IMG/VR virus record: IMGVR_UViG_3300011113_000805
Coordinates: 193,179-257,178 of that record
Reading direction: 5' to 3' (one strand)
DNA length: 64,000 bases
A program made the position numbers and the translations under genes. This document shows positions 57,008 to 64,000 of this stretch, in pieces. The notes below the pieces were generated by a model. That model worked only from the letters and a program-made list of their open reading frames with translations. It ran no database searches and was not told where the DNA came from. Within the stretch, counting starts at the first letter, position 1. Each line of letters opens with the position of its first letter.

Positions 57008-57763
57008 ATGAGGTGTAAATTGACGGCAAAAAGAAATCCTGCATATCATAAGGGACTCTCAAAATCGACACAGGACAAGCGTCAGCATCAATTCAACAAG
57101 CAAGCAAAAAAGCACTGGGATGATCCATCGGCTTACAAGAAGGCGCCAGGTGATTCTAAAAAGACAAAGCCCTCAAAGTGGAACGAGAAGTTCAAGAAGA
57201 TGTATGGTGAATCGGATGGTATCGATGAGATGCTTGGAAATCCTCCAGGTGGAAATTTTACAGGAGAGAGTGAAATGAGAGAAGATGATTGCTACGAGTG
57301 TGGAATGTCAGAGGCGGAATTCGAAGAGTCTGACTTCACCTGGGCTGCCGCAAATGCTGCAGTGGCTGGAAAGAAAACGTTTACATTTGGCGGTGAGGAA
57401 CATCCTGTCAAGATGTCTGTAGGAAGGGCGAAGGAGATCCTGGGTGAGCTTGATGAGCTACGTGAGGCCATCGCCCTGGTCTCTGAAATGCTGGATGAGG
57501 ATGAGGCACTCGAAGAGGCACTGTCGGCAAAGACGAGAAAGGCTCTAAAGAACAAGGCTGAGAAGGCAAGGGCTCCAATGGGTGCCTTGACAACCGTCTA
57601 TAATAAGGGCCTAGCCGCCTGGAGAACCGGACACAGGCCAGGAGCGAGTCAGCACGCCTGGGCAATGGCAAGAGTAAATAGTTTCCTTGCCGGCGGTCCA
57701 GCCCGAAAGGTGGATGCCACCCAGTGGAAGCAAGTTCAGAAGCACAGGAAAAAGAAGAAGTAG
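57008..57763 (+). CDS. DUF5824-like protein with basic ends and acidic core (start uncertain)
   Basis: VYNKGLAAWRTGHRPGASQHAWAMARVNSF. Confidence 0.6.
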   Translation: MRCKLTAKRNPAYHKGLSKSTQDKRQHQFNKQAKKHWDDPSAYKKAPGDSKKTKPSKWNEKFKKMYGESDGIDEMLGNPPGGNFTGESEMREDDCYECGMSEAEFEESDFTWAAANAAVAGKKTFTFGGEEHPVKMSVGRAKEILGELDELREAIALVSEMLDEDEALEEALSAKTRKALKNKAEKARAPMGALTTVYNKGLAAWRTGHRPGASQHAWAMARVNSFLAGGPARKVDATQWKQVQKHRKKKK

Positions 57764-57793
57764 TTCCTTGCAATTTCTGTAAACAAATCTAGC

Positions 57794-58438
57794 TTAGATC
57801 ATGTTAAAGTCACCAAATGTATACGAGCTTAGTTTAAACTTGCTATAGCGAACTAATCCAAAACTTTCAAGTTTATCGAGAGCAGGTGTGCCTCCTCCCT
57901 TTCTACGATAAGCTCTAGACAGTGAGCTTCCCCACCAATTTTCTTCATTATAGTCCATCGATGACTCTTGCCTGCAGTTATCGTCAAGTGCAGGTGTCTT
58001 TTCATTTTTCATATTATCAAGCAGCACAGATTCGACATCTGGGCGAGACCTCAGATAGAAGTCCCAGATTCGCAGGGCATCCGGCTTGACATCAAATCTG
58101 TCACATGTCAGCGGATCTGGCGACACAAGGTCCATCATCAAGTCGTACACAAGCGGTCCTAATCCTTTCAATTTTGGACTCATATTTGCCCATGTTACCG
58201 ACCAAGCAGCTGAGCATGGACCGTCACTTTCTGAATCCCTTCTTGCCGAAAATTCACCAGCTATTTCTGGAGGCATGTCTTCACTAATAGACATAACTCG
58301 TATAGCAATTTGTCCTTCTTCTTTATTGTTAACAATAAATTGCACACCTTTTTCGTCGGCCATTTCAGGTGTCCAAGCGGCCTCTCGAAGGATCTCACTG
58401 CGAACAAGGGATCTTAATCTAGATTCAGTAATTCTCAT
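57794..58438 (-). CDS. Leader-bearing GNAT-like protein (family G)
   Basis: MRITESRLRSLVRSEILRE; KGLGPLVYDLM. Confidence 0.6.
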   Translation of the reverse strand: MRITESRLRSLVRSEILREAAWTPEMADEKGVQFIVNNKEEGQIAIRVMSISEDMPPEIAGEFSARRDSESDGPCSAAWSVTWANMSPKLKGLGPLVYDLMMDLVSPDPLTCDRFDVKPDALRIWDFYLRSRPDVESVLLDNMKNEKTPALDDNCRQESSMDYNEENWWGSSLSRAYRRKGGGTPALDKLESFGLVRYSKFKLSSYTFGDFNMI

Positions 58439-58447
58439 TGCAGTGTC

Positions 58448-59293
58448 TCAAGAAAGATTGTTCATGAATTCTACGTTATTGACAATTGACTCATGCCTCT
58501 TACGAAGCTTTGATGCAATTGTCTGAAGTTCCACTGTCCACTGATTCAATAGTTTCCCCATTCTGCGATCATCTAGCTCACCAGATACCTCATCATCACA
58601 CTGATTAATGAGAGCCTCAATTTTGTTCCATGGAACACTCATGAAATTTTTAGCAGCGACCTTAAGGTCAGAATGGATAAAAACATATCCTGCGTCAGTT
58701 CCTGGCGTGAGCATTGTTCTCATCTCGCTTGGTTCATCCGAGAATCGTGATCCTTTGCGACTTCCTTGAGCGCGAAATGTCAAGGCGCCACCAGGATCGA
58801 TCCTCACAGGACGACCTGATGGATTAATGATAACATTCCCAGGACCAACAACATCCCAGTTGGCAAGAAAAATATCCACATAGACACCGGCAGACATCGC
58901 TCGAGCAAGTTCTGTAGGTTTTATTGTGAAAGATTTTCCTCCATCAACTCCTAAGGTGGCTAATCCAACTCTCTTCTTGGTCCTGTCATAGACAAGTTCA
59001 ATCTTTCCTGGCAGATCAACGTCGGGGTAGAGCGAGTAAATCTTATATGCTAGCCACTCAACGAGGATCTGAAGTGATGGGTCAATGCCAGGATCGTAGA
59101 GTTCTGTATCCGAGAACTTGAGATAGAACTTGTCACCTCCAATATAGCAGGTGTTCATCACGTGTGTTGAGCCACGTGTCATACATACACCTTGAAGATC
59201 TTCATAATCGACTTCATTTAGAAGTGACTCATAAAGTAGCTCATTTATAACATGACGAAGAAAATCTGTGGCTTTCGTCATGGATCGATTCAC
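58448..59293 (-). CDS. Leader-bearing kinase-like protein (HipA/PI3-4K-like)
   Basis: FYLKF, VEWLA, DIFLANWD...GN, RIDPG. Confidence 0.55.
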   Translation of the reverse strand: MNRSMTKATDFLRHVINELLYESLLNEVDYEDLQGVCMTRGSTHVMNTCYIGGDKFYLKFSDTELYDPGIDPSLQILVEWLAYKIYSLYPDVDLPGKIELVYDRTKKRVGLATLGVDGGKSFTIKPTELARAMSAGVYVDIFLANWDVVGPGNVIINPSGRPVRIDPGGALTFRAQGSRKGSRFSDEPSEMRTMLTPGTDAGYVFIHSDLKVAAKNFMSVPWNKIEALINQCDDEVSGELDDRRMGKLLNQWTVELQTIASKLRKRHESIVNNVEFMNNLS

Positions 59294-59814
59294 CTGATAT
59301 CAGGATGCATTTCAGCAAGTTCTGCCAGAGTTAGCCTAACAGCATGGTCAGGTGTATTGGTAGTTTCACGCTTTGCAAGGTAAAGCTCCAAAACTGTCTC
59401 AGCTCCAAGTGCTTCAATATACTTTGTGAGCTCGCCATCTTGCATGTATGATCCTGAACGATAGCCTAGTTGAGCTTCTTTAAGAACTTCTTTGCGAATC
59501 ATGTTTCTCAAGTTGCGATTCGTGATTCTCATTTTACCTTTCTCCTCTGTGATTTCTATTTTAAGTTTACCATCACCACGAATGACCCTGTGCCATTTTC
59601 GTGCAGGTATATTGTATGTATGCCCTTCAACGAGTTCTAGTGGCAATCCCACATCCATTTGCAAACACCACCCACCAGATTCAATAACTCTTACTTTACG
59701 ATATCTTAGATCTTGGTGCCAAACAAGTTCATCATTAGGAACAGTTGGTAAAAATTCCCTAATGAGTGTATTTCGATTAATTCTTATTTGTGTATAAGGT
59801 TTTGAACTTAACAT
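59290..59814 (-). CDS. Cupin-like domain plus internal leader-bearing C-terminal part
   Basis: VWHQD...IP..KWHRVI; MRITNRNLRNMIRKE at 59532. Confidence 0.6.
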   Translation of the reverse strand: MLSSKPYTQIRINRNTLIREFLPTVPNDELVWHQDLRYRKVRVIESGGWCLQMDVGLPLELVEGHTYNIPARKWHRVIRGDGKLKIEITEEKGKMRITNRNLRNMIRKEVLKEAQLGYRSGSYMQDGELTKYIEALGAETVLELYLAKRETTNTPDHAVRLTLAELAEMHPDIR

Positions 59815-59909
59815 AATCTATTGCTCACTGATAATATGTATGACAGTGATCAGCCACTGTGAGCTTTTCCAGAAGGAGTGTTTATGAACAAGAGATCGAA
59901 GAAGAGGTA

Positions 59910-60920
59910 TCACATTAGTTTATACCTAAGATGCTTAGGTACTTTGTCCCAATATTTGTGATTGAAACCGTAGATCTCATATTCCACCTGTAAATCATCT
60001 GGAAGGGAGGTGATGCCTGTGCCGGTGAGGTAGAGACTGCCACCTACCTTGAGCCCTTTAGGAAGAGAGATGATAATAGGATTGTAGGAGAGAACGAGAC
60101 TACCCTTCACGTGAAGCCCTTCAGGAAGGGAGGCAATAGAAGTCTTCTCAAGGTCTAGATCACAATCCGCTACTCTTTGGTCTTTTGGCAAATTCTTAAG
60201 TCGTTCTATTAATTCTGTGTTAAGTAAAGATGTAATATCTCTGGACAACCTAATCATAACTTCACTAACCCGAATTGTGCCGGCAGCAACAACTTCATTT
60301 TCATCCTTAAAATCATCAATGCCTTCCAATTCATAAAGTCCCTCACAGTCAATCCATTTTCCAGGACTGTCTTCTACTGCGGCACAGAGAATAATAGCAA
60401 AATCAGAAGAATCATCGCCAGCAAACCCCTTAGCCTTTTTAAGGCTCTTTGTCCAAGATGCTGTGTATCTTTCATTTATGTTTGTCAAGTCAAGCTGTGT
60501 TTTGAAACTAGCAAAATCTTCACCTGTCTCTATAATCTGTCTCCAGGCATCATTAAATGCGCTTCCCTTTGGTAGAAATTTCTTCGCAACGCTCTCAGAA
60601 GAGATGGCTAACCCCCGATAGAGGGTGCCTGGTGGCGGTGCCCTGAAGATATCGGCATAGAGCCCCTGATCGATAAAGTCTAAAACTTGATCAGTGATCT
60701 CTTTCGAGAGTGGCCTATTACCATTAAAATGAGAGAATAATGCTCTATACAGCGCATTCTCAACCTGAGTATCTTCCTCCGGAGGCGGTTTGGGTGAACC
60801 TAGCCGAACGTTAGCAAAGGCATACTTTCCCAAAGGGGCATCGGCCGGGGCTTCTGGCTTATAGGCACCATTAGACTCGAGAAGAACTTGATGAATGAGT
60901 GAGCGGAGAAGGTGAGTCAT
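59910..60920 (-). CDS. Leader-bearing R-S-E ADP-ribosyltransferase + 3 LRR-like repeats
   Basis: LYRG / ASWT / ENEV; I.SLP.GL.V.G.L.L. Confidence 0.7.
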   Translation of the reverse strand: MTHLLRSLIHQVLLESNGAYKPEAPADAPLGKYAFANVRLGSPKPPPEEDTQVENALYRALFSHFNGNRPLSKEITDQVLDFIDQGLYADIFRAPPPGTLYRGLAISSESVAKKFLPKGSAFNDAWRQIIETGEDFASFKTQLDLTNINERYTASWTKSLKKAKGFAGDDSSDFAIILCAAVEDSPGKWIDCEGLYELEGIDDFKDENEVVAAGTIRVSEVMIRLSRDITSLLNTELIERLKNLPKDQRVADCDLDLEKTSIASLPEGLHVKGSLVLSYNPIIISLPKGLKVGGSLYLTGTGITSLPDDLQVEYEIYGFNHKYWDKVPKHLRYKLM

Positions 60921-62182
60921 CTTAGTTTATCCTTGAGATGTTCTGGAACATCCTCCCAGTATTTGCGATCGAGGCCGTAGATAACACCGCGCACCTGGAG
61001 GTCTGTTGGAAGGGAGGTGATACCCGTGCTGCCGAGGACGAGATCGCCACCCACGTGGAGGCCTGTCGGGAGGGAGGTGATGGGAGTTCGAGTGAGGAAG
61101 AGATCACCGCCCACATGGAGTCCTGTTGGAAGGGAGGTGATGGGAGTGAAGGAGAGGTAGAGTCTGCCGCCCACTCGGAGGCCTGTCGGGAGGGAGGTGA
61201 TGCGTGAGAAGCTGAGGTCGAGATATCCGCCCACTCGGAGGCCTGTCGGGAGGGAGGTGACAGGAGTGCTGTCGAGGTTGAGGTCTCCGTTCACCTGGAG
61301 TCCTTCTGGGAGTTTAATGAGTCTTTTGTTGCCGCCGAGCAAGAGAGATCCATTCACGTGGAGACCTGCTGGGAGGGAGGTGATGTCCGTGCCGGTGAGG
61401 TCGAGATCCCCCTTCACGACCCTCTGGTCTTTGGGCAGACGTTCGAGACTCTTCAGAATCTTCAGATTCACTGGATTCCACTTCCCAGCCTCGAAGTCAC
61501 CCGCTGCCGATCGACGGAGGGCTGACTGCTGCATGGGTCGACCCTCTCTGTCGCTGACATCAGGACGCTCAAGAGGTGTGAGAAGCTTCGATCTGTCGAC
61601 GGGTGTCCAGGGCTCAGTGACGGGGTCCCCGTTGCGAGCGACCCGCTTCCACGCCATCGGGACCGCTGTCGTCGGGTCGTAAACAACGGCTACATGGCCA
61701 TCATTCCTGCCCGTGAAGACGATACCCTTCACTTCGCGCTGGAGAGACTCGTAGACGCTCAGCGCCGAATCTGAAGTGAACGCGTCTCCCCTCGGTGGTT
61801 TAACCCCCTCCAGCACCTTGATGACTGTCTCACTGTAGCCGACTTCCTGGGCTTGCCCAGCAGGTGTGAGCGGGTGCTTATAGACCTTCAGGGCGATCTC
61901 AGGATCAAAGATGATGTACCCGTAGAGGTTCACTTTGAGCTTGATGACGTGGTCACCGTAGTAACCTCTTTCAGTCTTCGTATCTTTAAGGTCGTAGACT
62001 GTGTAGAGGCCCTTTCCGTACATTGCACCGGCACCGGCACCTGGTGTGAACTTGTCCTGCAACAGAGCGTCGATGAGAGCTTGAGGGTTAGCTCCTGTTC
62101 CATGGTAGACGACAGCCTGAGCACCGTAGACTTCCTCCAGGAGCAGGTTTTCACGAATGAGAGAGCGAAGGAGATGTGTCAT
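60917..62182 (-). CDS. Leader-bearing H-Y-type ADP-ribosyltransferase + 7 LRR-like repeats
   Basis: VYHGT...MYGKGLY...AVVYDP; 22-aa repeats. Confidence 0.7.
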   Translation of the reverse strand: MTHLLRSLIRENLLLEEVYGAQAVVYHGTGANPQALIDALLQDKFTPGAGAGAMYGKGLYTVYDLKDTKTERGYYGDHVIKLKVNLYGYIIFDPEIALKVYKHPLTPAGQAQEVGYSETVIKVLEGVKPPRGDAFTSDSALSVYESLQREVKGIVFTGRNDGHVAVVYDPTTAVPMAWKRVARNGDPVTEPWTPVDRSKLLTPLERPDVSDREGRPMQQSALRRSAAGDFEAGKWNPVNLKILKSLERLPKDQRVVKGDLDLTGTDITSLPAGLHVNGSLLLGGNKRLIKLPEGLQVNGDLNLDSTPVTSLPTGLRVGGYLDLSFSRITSLPTGLRVGGRLYLSFTPITSLPTGLHVGGDLFLTRTPITSLPTGLHVGGDLVLGSTGITSLPTDLQVRGVIYGLDRKYWEDVPEHLKDKLR

Positions 62183-63297
62183 CTTAGTTTATCCTTGAGG
62201 TGCTGAGGGACACCTGCCCAGTACTTGCGATCGAAGCCGTAGATAGCACCGCGAACCTGGAGATCTGCTGGGAGGGAGGTGATGGGAGTGCCTGTGAGAT
62301 TGAGATATCCACCCACGTGGAGTCCTGCCGGGAGGGAGGTGATGCCTGTGCGGTTGAGGTAGAGACTGCCACCTACCTTGAGATCTGTAGGAAGGGAGGT
62401 GATGCCTGTGTCGGAGAGGTCGAGACTGCCGTCCACCTTGAGACCTGACGGGAGTTCAATGAGGCTTTTGCTGCCATTGAGGAAGAGAGCGCCGGTCACG
62501 TGAAGACCTACTGGAAGGGAGGTGATACCTGTGTTACTGAGGTCGAGATTGCCCTTCACGATCCTCTGATCTTCAGGCAGGCGCTCTAGACGTTTGATGT
62601 TCATCAACAGGCTCCACTTCCCAGCTTCAAAGTCACCCATTGCCGAACGACGAAGAGCCGATTGCTTCACAGGTCGACCCTCTCTGTCACTGACATCAGG
62701 ACGGTCAATGGGTGCGAGAAGAGCTGCTCTGTCAACGGGTGTCCAGGATTTAGAATCAACCCGCTTCCACGCCATTGGGACCGCGGTCGTTGGGTCATAA
62801 ACGACGGCGACCCTGCCGTCGCGCCTACCGGTGAAGACAATGCCCTTTACTTCGTACTGAAGGGCCTTGCTGGCCCTCAAAGCGGTGTCAGAAGTGAATC
62901 TACCTGTCGGCACTCTCATAGAGCGCAACACCTTAATGGCATCTTCATTGTACCCAACTTCCTGGGCTTGCTCAGCAGGTGTGAGCGGTTTCTTGTAGAC
63001 TTTTAGAGCAACATCAGGGTCAAAAATGATGTACCCGTAGAGATTCACTTTCAATTTGATGACGTGTTTGCCATAGTCACCCTTTTCCGTCTTCGTGCCC
63101 TTAAGATCGTAGACTGTGTAGAGGCCCTTTCCGTACATTGCGCCGGCACCGGAACCTGGTGTGAACTTGTCCTGCAGCAGAGCGTCGATGAGAGCCTGAG
63201 GGTTAGCTTCCGTTCCATGGTAGACGACAGCCTGGGCGCCGTAGACTTCCTCCAGGAGTAGGGTTTCACGAATGAGAGAGCGAAGAAGGTGAGTCAT
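62179..63297 (-). CDS. Leader-bearing H-Y-type ADP-ribosyltransferase + 5 LRR-like repeats
   Basis: Same motifs as 60917..62182. Confidence 0.7.
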   Translation of the reverse strand: MTHLLRSLIRETLLLEEVYGAQAVVYHGTEANPQALIDALLQDKFTPGSGAGAMYGKGLYTVYDLKGTKTEKGDYGKHVIKLKVNLYGYIIFDPDVALKVYKKPLTPAEQAQEVGYNEDAIKVLRSMRVPTGRFTSDTALRASKALQYEVKGIVFTGRRDGRVAVVYDPTTAVPMAWKRVDSKSWTPVDRAALLAPIDRPDVSDREGRPVKQSALRRSAMGDFEAGKWSLLMNIKRLERLPEDQRIVKGNLDLSNTGITSLPVGLHVTGALFLNGSKSLIELPSGLKVDGSLDLSDTGITSLPTDLKVGGSLYLNRTGITSLPAGLHVGGYLNLTGTPITSLPADLQVRGAIYGFDRKYWAGVPQHLKDKLR

Positions 63298-64000
63298 TCT
63301 AGCTTGTTTTTGAGGTGTTTGGGAACATTCGCCAAATACTTGCGATCAAAGCCACTGATATACCTACCTACACTGAGGTCTGCTGGAAGGGAGGTGATGC
63401 CGCGGCCGAGAAAGAGATCGATGCCCACCTTGAGATCTGTTGGGAGGGAGGTGATGCCTGTGCCGGTGAGATAGAGAATGCCATCTACCTTGAGACCTGC
63501 TGGAAGGGAGGTGATGCGTGTGAAGCTGAGGTCAAGCTTGCCGGTCACATGATGGAAACCTGCCGGGAGGGAGGTGATACCTGTGAAGCTGAGGTCGAGA
63601 TCGCCACCTACACTGAGATCTGCCGGGAGGGAGGTGATGCCTGTGCCGCCGAGAAAGAGACCGCCACCTACCTTGAGACCTGCCGGGAGGGAGGTGATGC
63701 CTGTGCTACCAAGGCTAAGATCGCCACCTACCTTGAGACCTGCCGGGAGGGAGGTGATGCCTGTTTCGGTGAGGTCGAGCCAGCCGTCCACCTTGAGACC
63801 TGATGGGAGTTTAATAAGGCTTTTGTTGCCGCCGAGCAAGAGAGATCCATTCACGTGGAGACCTGCTGGGAGGGAGGTGATGCCTGAGTAGGTGAGGTCG
63901 AGATCACCCTTCACGATCCTCTGATCTTTAGGTAAGCGCTTTAGACGTTTGAGAATCATTATCGGGTCACACTTCCCAGTTTCGAAATCGCCCATTGCCT
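63294..64000 (-). CDS. Third paralog, 5' end outside the window; 9 LRR-like repeats
   Basis: MGDFE.GK linker matches the neighbours; 66-bp DNA repeats. Confidence 0.7.
   Translation of the reverse strand, partial: AMGDFETGKCDPIMILKRLKRLPKDQRIVKGDLDLTYSGITSLPAGLHVNGSLLLGGNKSLIKLPSGLKVDGWLDLTETGITSLPAGLKVGGDLSLGSTGITSLPAGLKVGGGLFLGGTGITSLPADLSVGGDLDLSFTGITSLPAGFHHVTGKLDLSFTRITSLPAGLKVDGILYLTGTGITSLPTDLKVGIDLFLGRGITSLPADLSVGRYISGFDRKYLANVPKHLKNKLE

Noticed and set aside
1-64000. Bacterial chromosome or eukaryotic giant virus
   Set aside because: No housekeeping operons or NCLDV core genes; Shine-Dalgarno sites, ATGA overlaps, CCA-encoded tRNAs and tiny co-directional ORFs fit a large phage

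Overview
64 kb of a large (jumbo-type) dsDNA bacteriophage genome. It is densely coding, almost entirely on the minus strand, and contains no recognisable capsid, terminase or polymerase gene. Two expression classes alternate. (1) AT-richer blocks (about 3-10, 34-41, 48-64 kb) carry roughly 27 genes that share an N-terminal leader (MRITEsxLRxLIRExLLxE). It resembles T4 capsid-targeting sequences, and many of these genes follow a short ATA[CG][AT]TA late-promoter-like motif. The leader is fused to diverse payloads: six R-S-E ADP-ribosyltransferases, H-Y-type ADP-ribosyltransferases with variable LRR-like tails, seven GNAT-like proteins, a kinase-like protein, a minimal nucleotidyltransferase and a PD-(D/E)XK-like protein. 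This suggests a polymorphic, virion-packaged effector arsenal (inference). (2) GC-richer blocks (about 10-34 and 42-45 kb) hold small genes, many arranged as promoter+gene cassettes behind one repeated element (about 23 copies). They include 15 mosaic paralogs of an Ala-rich, Imm5-like helical protein, a 9-tRNA cluster, MoxR AAA, VWA/metallopeptidase and RadA-like genes, and a repeat-rich zone at 25-29 kb that may be an origin. RNA-repair, UV-repair and cell-wall-hydrolase genes lie at 49-57 kb. All functional calls come from reading motifs by eye; no database searches were run.
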